Positions 29,612 through 39,404 of a stretch of 64,000 bases of DNA are shown here, in pieces. Every line of letters starts with the position of its first letter. Position 1 is the first letter of the stretch. Position numbers and translations under genes: made by a program. The notes below the pieces were generated by a model. The model ran no database searches. It was not told where the DNA came from and saw only the letters and a program-made list of their open reading frames with translations. Source of the DNA: Mycobacteriales bacterium (lineage in GTDB: Bacteria; Actinomycetota; Actinomycetes; JAFAQI01); contig DASZOU010000023.1 in the NCBI GenBank assembly GCA_035550655.1, positions 26,416 to 90,415 on the forward strand, given 5' to 3'.

Positions 29612-30994
29612 ATGAGCGGGAGCCTCGACTTCCTAGGCGCCGCCGACTGCGTCACCGGAAGCCGGTTCCTCATCCGCTCAGGCGGCGTGGCGCTTCTCGT
29701 CGACTGTGGGCTGTTCCAAGGGCTTCGCGAGCTGCGGCGCCGCAACTGGGACCCGTTCCCCGTGCCGCCCGACAGCATCGACGTCGTCGCAGTCAGCCAC
29801 GCGCATCTCGACCACACCGGGTATCTCCCGGCGCTGGTGCGTGACGGCTTCGCCGGCTCGATCCTCACCACCGAGTACACCGCGCGACTCGCCGAGATCG
29901 TGCTCCACGACAGCGCCCACCTGTTGATGGAGGACACAGAGCACGCGACCAAGCACGGTTACTCCAGGCACGCAGCCCCGCGGCCGCTCTACACCGACGC
30001 CGATGTCACGGCGGCCGTCCGACACTTCCGCACCGTCGACTACTCGACCCCCACCGAGGTCGGCAACGGATTAGCGGTGACGCTCCGCCCAGCCGGCCAC
30101 ATCCTCGGCTCGGCGACGGTGCACGTCACCTCGGCGGGGGGCTCGGTGCTGTTCAGCGGCGACCTGGGCCGCGCGCACCACCCGCTTCTGGAAGCGCCGG
30201 CACCACCGCCAGAATCCGACGTCATCGTCGTGGAGTCGACGTACGGCAACCGCAAGCACCCGGCGGTCGACCCAGCCGACGCCCTCGCCGACGCGGTCAA
30301 CCGAACCGTACGTCGTGGCGGGAGCGTCGTGATCCCCGCGTTCGCGGTCGACCGGACCGAGGTCATCCTCTGCAGCCTGCGCGAGCTACGGGATCGCGGC
30401 GACATCCCTGATGTCCCGATCTACGTCGACAGCCCAATGGCCCTCGACGCTCTCGCGATCTACCGCGACGCAATCCGCAGGCACGCGCCCGGCGTGCGCG
30501 GCGACCTCGATGCCGACGCCGATCCCTTCGACCGCGCGCACATCAACGAGCTCCGGTCAGTGTCGGAGTCGAAGAGCCTCAACGATCCGCAGTGGCCGTG
30601 CATCATCATCTCCGCGTCCGGCATGGTGTCGGGTGGCCGCGTGCTGCATCACCTCGCCGGACTGCTCCCCCGGCAGCAGAACACGGTCGTCCTCGTCGGC
30701 TACCAGGCGATCGGCACGCGTGGTCGCCAGCTGCTCGACGGCGCGCGGGCGATCAAGATCCACGGCGGATATGTGGCGGTTCGCGCAGAGATCGTCGACG
30801 TGCCGATGTTCTCGGTCCACGCAGACGCGGAAGAGATCCTGGCCTGGCTCGGGCAGGCTCCCCGCGCGCCGCACACCTGCTACGTCGTCCACGGCGAGCC
30901 GGCAGCGGCAGCGACTCTGCAGGCCAGGATCTGTGACGAGCTCGGATGGACGGCGGCGGTGCCGCGGCTCGGCGAGCGCGTCCGCCTGACCTGA
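29612..30994 (+). CDS. Metallo-beta-lactamase/beta-CASP RNA-processing nuclease
   Basis: SHAHLDHTG, AGHILGS, FSGDLG, ESTYG, FSVHAD. Confidence 0.9.
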   Translation: MSGSLDFLGAADCVTGSRFLIRSGGVALLVDCGLFQGLRELRRRNWDPFPVPPDSIDVVAVSHAHLDHTGYLPALVRDGFAGSILTTEYTARLAEIVLHDSAHLLMEDTEHATKHGYSRHAAPRPLYTDADVTAAVRHFRTVDYSTPTEVGNGLAVTLRPAGHILGSATVHVTSAGGSVLFSGDLGRAHHPLLEAPAPPPESDVIVVESTYGNRKHPAVDPADALADAVNRTVRRGGSVVIPAFAVDRTEVILCSLRELRDRGDIPDVPIYVDSPMALDALAIYRDAIRRHAPGVRGDLDADADPFDRAHINELRSVSESKSLNDPQWPCIIISASGMVSGGRVLHHLAGLLPRQQNTVVLVGYQAIGTRGRQLLDGARAIKIHGGYVAVRAEIVDVPMFSVHADAEEILAWLGQAPRAPHTCYVVHGEPAAAATLQARICDELGWTAAVPRLGERVRLT

Positions 30995-31041
30995 CTCCCC
31001 CCGCCCAGCACCGAGATTGGGGCCGCGCGACGCCCTGCGTC

Positions 31042-31055
31042 AGGTCCTTCGGCTC
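31042..31055. promoter_or_regulatory. Weak DosR-like box upstream of ftsH
   Basis: AGGTCCTTCGGCTC, three mismatches; close to the site before adh. Confidence 0.3.
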
Positions 31056-31124
31056 TACTGCCTCGCGGCCGGCATGGCATTCGATCGAGGCAGCGGGGCA
31101 ATCGGATGAAAGGCGGATGGCGGC

Positions 31125-33005
31125 ATGGAGGAGTCGACCAAGCCTCCCGCCGAACCCCCTCGGATCACACGACGGGCGAAGGCATCACTCTGGATCGCGG
31201 CGGCGGTGCTCGTGGGCATCGATCTGCTCGCGACCTTCGGCTTGCACTCGACCTCGAGCCGGCTGAGCTACTCGACTTTCCTGTCGCGTGCCGACGCGCA
31301 TCAAGTCGCCAGCCTGACCATCCAGTCGAACGGCTCCGCCTCCGGAAAGCTGGCCGACGGCACCACCTTCTCGACGACGGTGCCGGTGGATCTCGCCGGA
31401 CCGGACCTGATCACTCAGCTGCGCGCGGACGGGGTGGATGTCAGCGCGAGCGCGTCCTCGTCGTCGAGTTGGACCTCGACGCTGCTGGGGTGGCTGTTCC
31501 TCCTCGCACCGATCGCCTTGATCGTGTGGTGGATCCGGTCAGCAGGGCGGCGAGGCGCTGGCCTGCTTGGCGCGGGCGCGATCACCAAGTCGCGCGCAAA
31601 GGTGTTCGACGCGGAGCACCCACGCTCCACCTTCGACGACGTCGCGGGGTACGCCGGGGTGAAGGCGGAGGTCTCCGAGATCGTCGACTTCCTGCGCCAG
31701 CCCGACCGGTACGCCCGGGCGGGAGCGGTGGCACCGCGCGGCGTACTGATGCTCGGACCGCCGGGTACCGGAAAGACCCTCATCGCTCGAGCGGTTGCCG
31801 GCGAGGCGGGGGTGCCGTTCTTCTCTGTCACCGGCTCGAGCTTCGTGGAGATGTTCGTGGGCGTCGGCGCGGCGCGGGTGAGAGACCTGTTCGAGGTCGC
31901 CCGAAAGAACGCTCCCTCGATTGTGTTCGTCGACGAGATCGACGCCATCGGGCAGCGCAGAGCGGGCAGCGGAGCCGTCGTCTCGAACGATGAGCGCGAA
32001 CAGACGCTGAATCAGCTGCTCGCCGAGATGGATGGATTCGATCCGTCCGACGGCGTCGTCGTACTCGCCGCGACCAACCGCCCTGAGGTCCTCGACCTCG
32101 CGCTCGTGCGACCCGGCCGGTTCGACCGGCAGATCACGGTCCCGCTACCCACACAGAGCGATCGGCTCGCGATCCTCGAGGTCCATTGCCGCAGCAAGTC
32201 CCTCGCGGACGACGTGGACCTCGAGGTCGTCGCCCGCGCCACGCCGGGGTTCAGCGGCGCGGATCTGGCGAACCTCGCCAACGAAGCCGCGATCGCGGCC
32301 GCCCGCGACAATCGCACGACACTGTCCAGCACCGACTTCGCCGAGGCCCGGGACCGCATCACGCTGGGCCGCCGCGACGGCAGCAACGTCCTCCTCGCCG
32401 ATGAGAAGTACGCCGTCGCGACCCACGAGTCCGGGCATGCGCTGGTCGCCGCGCTGCTACCCCACGCCGACCCGGTGGAGAAGGTGACGATCCTTCCTGC
32501 CGGCCAGGCGCTCGGTGTGACGCAGCAGCTACCGATCGCCGAGCGCCACCTCTACTCGGAGAGCTACCTGCGTGACGCGCTCGCGGTGCGCCTCGGCGGC
32601 CGAGCAGCTGAGCTCGTGGCGTTGGGTGAGGCATCGACCGGCGCCGCAAACGATCTCGAGCAGGCGACCGACCTAGCCCTCAAGATGGTCCGGGAGTTCG
32701 GCTTGTCCGCCCGGCTCGGACCGGTCGGCTATCCGGCCGGCGGCTCGGTCTTCCTGGGCGGATCCTCCTCGCCGTGGTCGAGCCGGCCGTTCGCGGAACA
32801 GACCCAAGCCGCGATCGACGACGAAGTGGCGCGCCTGCTCCGGGAAGCCGAGCACACGGCGGTCACCGTCCTCGAGTCGCACCGCGAGGAGCTTCGCGCG
32901 CTGACCGACCTGCTGATGGAGCGCGAGACCGTTGACGGATCGGTCATCAGTGATCTGCTTCGCTCACGTGTGACGCGGGGCGCCACGGGTACCGCTGCTG
33001 TATGA
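31125..33005 (+). CDS. ftsH: ATP-dependent zinc metalloprotease FtsH (probably an accessory paralogue)
   Basis: Two TM segments, [26 protein letters not shown]. Confidence 0.93.
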   Translation: MEESTKPPAEPPRITRRAKASLWIAAAVLVGIDLLATFGLHSTSSRLSYSTFLSRADAHQVASLTIQSNGSASGKLADGTTFSTTVPVDLAGPDLITQLRADGVDVSASASSSSSWTSTLLGWLFLLAPIALIVWWIRSAGRRGAGLLGAGAITKSRAKVFDAEHPRSTFDDVAGYAGVKAEVSEIVDFLRQPDRYARAGAVAPRGVLMLGPPGTGKTLIARAVAGEAGVPFFSVTGSSFVEMFVGVGAARVRDLFEVARKNAPSIVFVDEIDAIGQRRAGSGAVVSNDEREQTLNQLLAEMDGFDPSDGVVVLAATNRPEVLDLALVRPGRFDRQITVPLPTQSDRLAILEVHCRSKSLADDVDLEVVARATPGFSGADLANLANEAAIAAARDNRTTLSSTDFAEARDRITLGRRDGSNVLLADEKYAVATHESGHALVAALLPHADPVEKVTILPAGQALGVTQQLPIAERHLYSESYLRDALAVRLGGRAAELVALGEASTGAANDLEQATDLALKMVREFGLSARLGPVGYPAGGSVFLGGSSSPWSSRPFAEQTQAAIDDEVARLLREAEHTAVTVLESHREELRALTDLLMERETVDGSVISDLLRSRVTRGATGTAAV

Positions 33006-33277
33006 GCGAAGCAATGAGTGACGCGCTGTCCAGCATCCGCGAGCATGCGCCTTCCATTCCTTCGGCCAAGGACGCGAAAGAAGCGCTGCGGTCGCACCTC
33101 CCGTCCGTGGACGCCTCGGCCATTGCCGACCGGCTGCCGAAGCCCCGGAGCAAGCGCAAGGTCATCGCGGCGCTGATCGGCGCGCTGGCGGGCGTGGCCG
33201 CAGTGGCGAGCTACCTGCGCCGCCGAAACGACGCGCCCGCCGCGAGCCTGTACACGCCTCCGTTACCGAAGCCATAG
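33002..33277 (+). CDS. Small hypothetical protein with C-terminal hydrophobic anchor
   Basis: ATGA overlap with ftsH; VIAALIGALAGVAAVASYLRRR segment. Confidence 0.6.
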   Translation: MSEAMSDALSSIREHAPSIPSAKDAKEALRSHLPSVDASAIADRLPKPRSKRKVIAALIGALAGVAAVASYLRRRNDAPAASLYTPPLPKP

Positions 33278-33279
33278 TC

Positions 33280-33320
33280 CTTCAGGAGCGCTAGTGCTTC
33301 AGGAGCGGTAGCGCTTCAGG
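33280..33320. repeat. 17-bp degenerate tandem repeat (about 2.4 copies)
   Basis: CTTCAGGAGCGCTAGTG / CTTCAGGAGCGGTAGCG / CTTCAGG. Confidence 0.7.
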
Positions 33321-33323
33321 CCA

Positions 33324-33548
33324 CTAGGCGAGCGATGAGCTCCAGCGCTCGCTCGCCTGCTGGCGCGGGTTGCCGATGTGCCAGCCACCGCAGCGACGGC
33401 AGAAGTGCGCGGCGAGCATGAAGTCCTCGTCGAAATGACGTCGGCGCGCCATCGCGTACCAAGCCTGCCGGTCGGCTTCGGTGTAGGTGTCGAAGCGCTG
33501 CCGGCCGTCGCAGGTCTCGAGGGTGACGTGGGAAGTGGTGGTACTCAC
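33324..33548 (-). CDS. Small Cys/His (C...CxxC-xx-WH) putative zinc-finger protein, copy 1
   Basis: TCDGRQRFDTYTEA...AHFCRRCGGWHIG; second copy 904 bp away. Confidence 0.75.
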   Translation of the reverse strand: MSTTTSHVTLETCDGRQRFDTYTEADRQAWYAMARRRHFDEDFMLAAHFCRRCGGWHIGNPRQQASERWSSSLA

Positions 33549-33591
33549 GCGTAGTTGATGCCCCGCCGGAAGATCGTTACGCCCCGGCGAC

Positions 33592-34149
33592 CTATCTGGT
33601 CCCCAGCTGCTCCACGAGCTCGTCACAGAACGCCTTCAGGTCGTCAGGCTTGCGCGAGGAGATCAGCACGTTCGGCCCGCCCGTGCACACCGCCACCTCC
33701 TCATCGATCCAGTCCGCCCCGGCGTTGCGCAGGTCAGTCTTTACGCTCGGCCAGCTCGTGATGCGCCGGCCACGAACGACGTCGGCCTCCACAAGCGTCC
33801 AAGGTCCGTGGCAGATCACCGCCACCGGCTTGCCCGCGTCGAAGAAGCCCTTGGCGAACCGGACCGCGTCAGTGCTCATCCGCAGCTGGTCGGGGTTCGC
33901 CACCCCACCCGGAAGGACCAGCGCGTCGTAGTCGTCGACGCGTGCATCGGTGACCGCAACGTCGACCGGAAACGAGTCAGCCTTGTCCAGATGGTTGAAC
34001 GCCTGGGTCTCCCCCGCCTCGGGAGCGACCAGGCGTGGGGTCGCGCCGGCCTGCTCGACCGCCTTCCACGGTTCGGTGAGCTCGACCTGCTCGACGCCTT
34101 CGTTCGCGACCAGAAAGGCCACGGTCTTGCCCGCCAGTGTGTTCGCCAT
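33592..34149 (-). CDS. pfpI: PfpI/DJ-1 family type 1 glutamine amidotransferase-like protein
   Basis: GVEQVEL, LPGGVANPD, AVICHGPW, SRKPDDL. Confidence 0.9.
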   Translation of the reverse strand: MANTLAGKTVAFLVANEGVEQVELTEPWKAVEQAGATPRLVAPEAGETQAFNHLDKADSFPVDVAVTDARVDDYDALVLPGGVANPDQLRMSTDAVRFAKGFFDAGKPVAVICHGPWTLVEADVVRGRRITSWPSVKTDLRNAGADWIDEEVAVCTGGPNVLISSRKPDDLKAFCDELVEQLGTR

Positions 34150-34227
34150 GTCGTCTCCCACTCGTTCAGTCTGGTGGGGACTTCCCAGCGCGGGGAGGCG
34201 TATGCGCAGCCGGCGGCGGGCATTCGG

Positions 34228-34473
34228 CTACGCGAGCGACGCGCTCCAACGTTCGGCGCCCTGCCGGCGCGGGTTGCCGACGTGCCAGCCGTCGCACCGA
34301 CGGCAGAAGTGCGCCGCCAGCATGAAGTCCTCGTCGAAGTGGCGCCTGCGCGCCATCGCGTACCAGGCCTGGCGATCCGCCTCCGGATAGGTGTCGAAGC
34401 GTTGCCGGCCTTCGCACGACTCGACTGACGTCGCCGAAGCGGTGCCCGCGCTTGAGGGGTGCCTGTAGGTCAT
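34228..34473 (-). CDS. Small Cys/His putative zinc-finger protein, copy 2
   Basis: SCEGRQRFDTYPEA...AHFCRRCDGWHVG; own ATG with GGAAGG RBS; 54/63 aa identical to copy 1 over the core. Confidence 0.75.
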   Translation of the reverse strand: MTYRHPSSAGTASATSVESCEGRQRFDTYPEADRQAWYAMARRRHFDEDFMLAAHFCRRCDGWHVGNPRRQGAERWSASLA

Positions 34474-34478
34474 GGTCG

Positions 34479-35283
34479 TTACGCCTTCCCGGGCGCTGTC
34501 GCGCCGCTCGCCTGCATGTAGGGCCAAATCAACGTCGACACGGTTTTCGATGGTGTCGATGCCGTAGGTGAAGGCGGGTCCGTGCGTCAGGACGGCAAGG
34601 AAGTAGCGGCGGCCGTCACCCTTCACGTACGCGATGCTGTTCACCTGCCACCCCCCACCGTGCACGCTGGACAGCGGAACCCACCCGTTCTTGAGAGCCA
34701 CGCTGACGCCCTTCGGGAGACACGGCGCGATTCCCCAGCACTGGCTCTTCGTCACTGACCGCATCAGTCCGAGCTCGAAGCGGCGGTCGCGGGTCGAAAG
34801 CAGATCGTTGGACGACGCGAGCAGGCGCAGCAAGGTCACCTGGTCGGAGGCTGAGGTGCGGGTAAGCCCCCACGACGTACTCGCTGACGTCTCCGACATC
34901 CCGGCCGCTGCATCGAACCGGTCCAGACCGGCGGCGCCGCCGATCTCGCCGTACAAAGCGGACGCGGCGTCGTTGTCCGACTGCTCGATCATCGCCGTCG
35001 ACAAGGTGCGCTGCGCGGCGGACAGGCCGTGGGTCCGATGCAACAAGGCAGCCAGGATGTCGACCTTGACGATGCTCGCGGTGTAGGCCCGCGCGGCAGG
35101 GCGCCAGGTCCACTCCCGGCCGGCCACCGCGTCGTAAACGGCCACGCTGGCAGATCCCTGGCGGCTTGCGAGATAGCGCGCGACGACCTCGTGCAACGAC
35201 GGAGCGGCCGCCCTGGTCGGCGTTAGCCCGCACGAGGCGACCAAGGCGCCAAGAACGACAGCGGCGCACGCTGTTCTGCCCAC
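34479..35283 (-). pseudogene. Secreted class A beta-lactamase-like serine hydrolase with a +1 frameshift near the 3' end
   Basis: Signal peptide, SIVK (SxxK), SDN, KNG; removing one base from the A4 run (34544-34547) restores ...IETVSTLIWPYMQASGATAPGKA-stop at 34479. Confidence 0.7.
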
Positions 35284-35341
35284 GCATCGACTTTCAATGC
35301 CGACCGGGCGTGGCGAATAGTGCCGAATGTCGGGCAGGCCT

Positions 35342-35355
35342 GGGTCGGTCGGCCC
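35342..35355. promoter_or_regulatory. DosR-like box (distal) upstream of ppsA
   Basis: GGGTCGGTCGGCCC followed by TAA. Confidence 0.5.
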
Positions 35356-35459
35356 TAATCACGACGGCAGCGGGCGAGCACCATCGACTCGAAGGAGTCG
35401 CAGTGCGGAGGAGCCTCATCGACGACCCCGCCGCGTGCCGCGTCGCCAACGTCGCGGTT

Positions 35460-35473
35460 GGGACCTTCTCCCC
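35460..35473. promoter_or_regulatory. DosR-like box (proximal) upstream of ppsA
   Basis: GGGACCTTCTCCCC, one mismatch, 35 nt before ATG. Confidence 0.6.
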
Positions 35474-35508
35474 TGGCGAGTGACGGCAGCCGGGCGCATC
35501 GTCGGGCC

Positions 35509-37791
35509 ATGACTGGCGGATCAGTGCGGCCGTTCTCCGAGTTGCGTGTGACGGATGTCGAAGTCGCCGGCGGCAAGGGCGCGAATCTCGGCGAGCTGAC
35601 AGCCGCGGGCCTGCCGGTGCCGCCTGGCTTCGTCATCACCGGGCAGGTGTTCCTCGACGCGTTGGACGAGGCAGGCGTCAGGCAGGACCTGCAAGACCTC
35701 TGCGCGGGCGTGCATCCGGACGACCCCCATGAGCTCCAAGCACGCGCGGAGGAGATGCAGTTACTCGTTCACAAGGCACGCGTGCCGGATTCCACTCGGG
35801 ATGCCATTCTTACCGCCTACCACGATCTCGGCCGCGACTGCCTGGTCGCGGTTCGTTCCTCAGCCACCGCCGAGGACACCGCCGGCACGTCGTTCGCGGG
35901 CATGAACGAGACCTTCACCAACGTGCGCGGCGACGCCGAGCTGCTTGCGCGGATCGTCGACTGCTGGGCGTCGTTGTACGCCGCGCGGGTCGTGACCTAC
36001 CGCGCCAGCCAGGGAATGACGGCCGAGCCGGTACTCGCGGTCGTCGTGCAGCGGATGGTCGACTCGGAGCGCTCGGGCGTGATGTTCACGACCGACCCGA
36101 CAACGGGTGACCCCCGCCATCTCGTCATCGAGGCGGCCTTCGGACTGGGTGAGGTCGTCGTCTCCGGTCAGGTCGAGCCCGACACCTACGTCGTCGACAA
36201 GGCAGGCCCGCGAATCCTGTCGGCCAGGGTGGGAACGAAGTCGTTCAAGCTGGTTCGCGGCAAGGAACACGGCAACCGTCGCATCGACCTTCCGGCGAAG
36301 AAGTCAGGCGCCCGGGTGCTCGACGACAGCGAAGTCCTGGCTGTCGCCCAACTGGGGCTTCGCATCGCCGAGCACTACGGCGATCCCCAGGATGTCGAGT
36401 GGGCGATCGAGAACGGCCAGTACTGGATCGTCCAGTCGCGACCCATCACGACCTTGGACGACGCCGCACTTGCCGACCCCGCCGCAGCAGCCGTCGCGTT
36501 GCTCACAGGTATGCCCGCCGCGCCTGGTCTGGCGACCGGCAAGGTGCGGATCCTGCGCAGCCCGGCGGAAGGCGACCAGCTGGTCGCCGGCGAGGTGCTG
36601 GTCGCTCCGATGACCAACCCGGACTGGCTGCCGACGATGCGGCGGGCGGCCGCGCTCGTGACGGACGGCGGCGGCATGACCTGTCACGCGGCCGTGGTGG
36701 CTCGTGAGCTGCGGGTTCCGTGCATCGTGGGTGCGCGAAAGGCGACGTCGGTCTTGCGCGACGGCGAGCTCGTCACGGTGGACGGCGGCACCGGGCAGGT
36801 GTTCCCGGGAGCGTTGCCGGCGGTGCGGGTGACCGAGCAGCCGACCTCGCCCGTGCCGGCCGGGCCGGCGGCGGAGACGATCGGCACGAAGCTGTACGTC
36901 AACATCGCGACCCCCGAGCATGCTGGGGAGGTCAGCCATCAAGCCGTGGACGGCGTCGGGCTGCTGCGGGCCGAGGTCATGCTCACCGACGCGCTCGGCG
37001 GCGTGCATCCCCGCGAGCTCATGGCCCGCGGCGAGAGCGAGACCTTCGTCAGCTCGCTCACCGAGTCCCTGCTGCAGATCACCAGGGCCTTCTTCCCTCG
37101 GCCCGTGATCTACCGCAGCACAGACTTCCGCACGAACGAGTTCCGCGGCCTTGAAGGTGGCGCTGCCTACGAGCCCGTGGAGGCGAACCCCATGATCGGC
37201 TTTCGTGGCTGCTATCGCTACGTGCGTGATCCGGAGATGTTCCGTCTCGAGCTCGCCGCACTCAGCCGCGTCAGGGAGGAGACGCCGAACCTGCACCTGA
37301 TGATCCCGTTCGTGCGCACGCGTTGGGAGCTCGAGGCCTGCCTGGAACTGGTCGACGCGAGCCCACTCGGGTCACACCGCGACCTGCACCGGTGGGTCAT
37401 GGCAGAGGTCCCGTCGGTCGTCTACCGCATCGCCGACTACGCAGCGATGGGAATCGACGGGGTGTCCATCGGGTCGAATGACCTGACGCAGCTGATGCTC
37501 GGCGTCGACCGCGACTCGGAGACCTGCGCCGAGCTGTTCCGGGAGAGCGACGCCGCTGTCCTCGCTGCGATCGAGGCGATCATCGCCGCGAGCCGGGAGG
37601 CGGGCATCACGTCCTCGCTGTGCGGCCAGGCTCCGAGCAACGACCCCGACTTCGCGGCTCACCTGGTCCGGATGGGGATCACCTCGATCTCCGTCACCCC
37701 CGACGCAGTCGACCGCACCCGCCACGCGATCGCTGCCGCGGAGCGACGGCTTCTGCTCGACGCTGCGCGTCCGCTCGTTCACCCGGGGTGA
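35509..37791 (+). CDS. ppsA: Phosphoenolpyruvate synthase (pyruvate, water dikinase)
   Basis: [33 protein letters not shown] phospho-His, [19 protein letters not shown]. Confidence 0.93.
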   Translation: MTGGSVRPFSELRVTDVEVAGGKGANLGELTAAGLPVPPGFVITGQVFLDALDEAGVRQDLQDLCAGVHPDDPHELQARAEEMQLLVHKARVPDSTRDAILTAYHDLGRDCLVAVRSSATAEDTAGTSFAGMNETFTNVRGDAELLARIVDCWASLYAARVVTYRASQGMTAEPVLAVVVQRMVDSERSGVMFTTDPTTGDPRHLVIEAAFGLGEVVVSGQVEPDTYVVDKAGPRILSARVGTKSFKLVRGKEHGNRRIDLPAKKSGARVLDDSEVLAVAQLGLRIAEHYGDPQDVEWAIENGQYWIVQSRPITTLDDAALADPAAAAVALLTGMPAAPGLATGKVRILRSPAEGDQLVAGEVLVAPMTNPDWLPTMRRAAALVTDGGGMTCHAAVVARELRVPCIVGARKATSVLRDGELVTVDGGTGQVFPGALPAVRVTEQPTSPVPAGPAAETIGTKLYVNIATPEHAGEVSHQAVDGVGLLRAEVMLTDALGGVHPRELMARGESETFVSSLTESLLQITRAFFPRPVIYRSTDFRTNEFRGLEGGAAYEPVEANPMIGFRGCYRYVRDPEMFRLELAALSRVREETPNLHLMIPFVRTRWELEACLELVDASPLGSHRDLHRWVMAEVPSVVYRIADYAAMGIDGVSIGSNDLTQLMLGVDRDSETCAELFRESDAAVLAAIEAIIAASREAGITSSLCGQAPSNDPDFAAHLVRMGITSISVTPDAVDRTRHAIAAAERRLLLDAARPLVHPG

Positions 37792-37801
37792 CGAAAGTCC
37801 C
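37788..37801. promoter_or_regulatory. DosR-like box upstream of the patatin-PFOR operon
   Basis: GTGACGAAAGTCCC; two differences from the M. tuberculosis core GGGACTAAAGTCCC. Confidence 0.65.
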
Positions 37802-37905
37802 GCGCCACCGGGGCTGATCGACGCCGATAGAACAGGACATCTGGAGTCGCACAACGGTCCTCCGGCCGTGTCCGAGGCCGGTCACGCTCCACAAGGCTCG
37901 CAACC

Positions 37906-38703
37906 ATGATCAAAGCGGCCGAGCCCGAACCGAGCACGACATGCGTCGCGCCCCTGGCTGCCGCGTACGGCGGCGGCGGCGTCTTCGGGACGGCGTACGG
38001 CCTCGGCATCGCGCACGCGCTGATCGACGCGGGCGTGCCGCTGGCGAGCACCCCGACGATCGGCACCTCGGCGGGATCCTGGGTCGCAGCGTGTGTCGCT
38101 ACCGGCATCGAGTTCGAGAGCCTGTGCACAGCCGCGCCGCTGCACGTGCCGGACCCGACCCCTCGGCTGCTGCAGAGCATGGCGACCGGATTCTTCGGTG
38201 ACGCGATGGCGCCACTGGTCACGGCATCGGCAGTCACGCTGCCGACGATGCGCCGGGTCCTGCTTGCGGGCGACCAGTTCCGCCTGGCGGACATGGTGGC
38301 CGCTTCGTCCTCGGTGCCGGCATTGTTCCGCCCGACCCAGATCGCCGGCACGACGTACGTCGACGGCGGGGTGCGCTCATTGGTCTCGGCCGACCTCGCG
38401 ACGCCCGCAGCGAACCTCCTGGTCATCGCACCGATCGCGGGGCCGATGTTCGGCCCGGGCGGCCGAGTCATGGAAGCGCTGCTCAGTCGCGAGATCCGGC
38501 GATGGGAGCGCACGACCGGCGGCGTCGCGCATCTGATCCGGCCGAACTCCCAGATCGCCGCCCTTGCCCGCCACCCGCTGCAGTTGTTCGACCGCGATCG
38601 TGCGCGGGACGCCTACTTCCTCGCTCGCGCCCAGGCGAAGCGGCTGCTCACCCAGCGCGAGGGGCTCGCCAAGCTCTGCGAACGGCCGAACCAGGCAGCA
38701 TGA
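37906..38703 (+). CDS. Patatin-like phospholipase
   Basis: GGGGVFG, GTSAG (GxSxG), YVDGG. Confidence 0.85.
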   Translation: MIKAAEPEPSTTCVAPLAAAYGGGGVFGTAYGLGIAHALIDAGVPLASTPTIGTSAGSWVAACVATGIEFESLCTAAPLHVPDPTPRLLQSMATGFFGDAMAPLVTASAVTLPTMRRVLLAGDQFRLADMVAASSSVPALFRPTQIAGTTYVDGGVRSLVSADLATPAANLLVIAPIAGPMFGPGGRVMEALLSREIRRWERTTGGVAHLIRPNSQIAALARHPLQLFDRDRARDAYFLARAQAKRLLTQREGLAKLCERPNQAA

Positions 38704-39404
38704 CCCCGCGCAGCAGCCAGGCGATCCGGACCTCCGCGCCGCCAATCAGGACCAACGCCCCTGTCCGGACCGGCCGCCTTACAACCACGATCGAGAGCGT
38801 GACCGAGAGCACGCTCGCGCTGGCGACGCGGACCTTCGAGGTGCGCATCCACGGCCGCGGCGGTCAGGGCGCCGTGAGCGCGGCCGAGCTGTTGTCGATT
38901 GCCGCGTTCGACAGCGCCCGCGTCGCCCAGGCCTTCCCCAGCTTCGGTTCGGAACGCTCCGGCGCGCCGGTGGCAGCCTTCTGCCGGATCTCCGACCGGC
39001 CGATCCGTTCCCGCGAGCCGATCGTCGCACCCGATGCGGTGATCGTTCTCGATCCGACGCTGCTCACGGCCGTCGATGTCTTCCAGGGCCTGAAGCTCGG
39101 CGGAGTCGCCCTCGTGAACTCGGTCAAGGCTCCTGAAGAGCTCGGCCTCGGCGACCTCACGGAGTCCCGGCGCGCGGCGCATGTGATGTGCGTGCCCGCG
39201 ACGGAGATCGCAGTGCGGCAGATCGGCCGACCGGTTCCGAACGGCGTGATGCTCGGCGGCTTCTCCGCTCTTACTCAGGTCGTGCCGCTCAGCGGCATTC
39301 AGCAAGCACTCATGGACCGATTCCCCGGCCGCATCGGCACCGCGAACGCGGCAGCGGCCGGCGAGGCGTTCGAGATCGTGACGAACAAGCTGCGGGACCA
39401 CTGA
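38700..39404 (+). CDS. porC: Pyruvate/2-oxoacid:ferredoxin oxidoreductase gamma subunit
   Basis: EVRIHGRGGQG, SFGSERSGAPV, NGVMLG; start may be later (GTG ~38799). Confidence 0.88.
   Translation: MTPRSSQAIRTSAPPIRTNAPVRTGRLTTTIESVTESTLALATRTFEVRIHGRGGQGAVSAAELLSIAAFDSARVAQAFPSFGSERSGAPVAAFCRISDRPIRSREPIVAPDAVIVLDPTLLTAVDVFQGLKLGGVALVNSVKAPEELGLGDLTESRRAAHVMCVPATEIAVRQIGRPVPNGVMLGGFSALTQVVPLSGIQQALMDRFPGRIGTANAAAAGEAFEIVTNKLRDH

Noticed and set aside
34228-35283. 351-aa serine hydrolase-zinc finger fusion as a novel domain architecture
   Set aside because: Explained by one extra base in a homopolymer; the zinc-finger gene has its own RBS and ATG and a stand-alone twin
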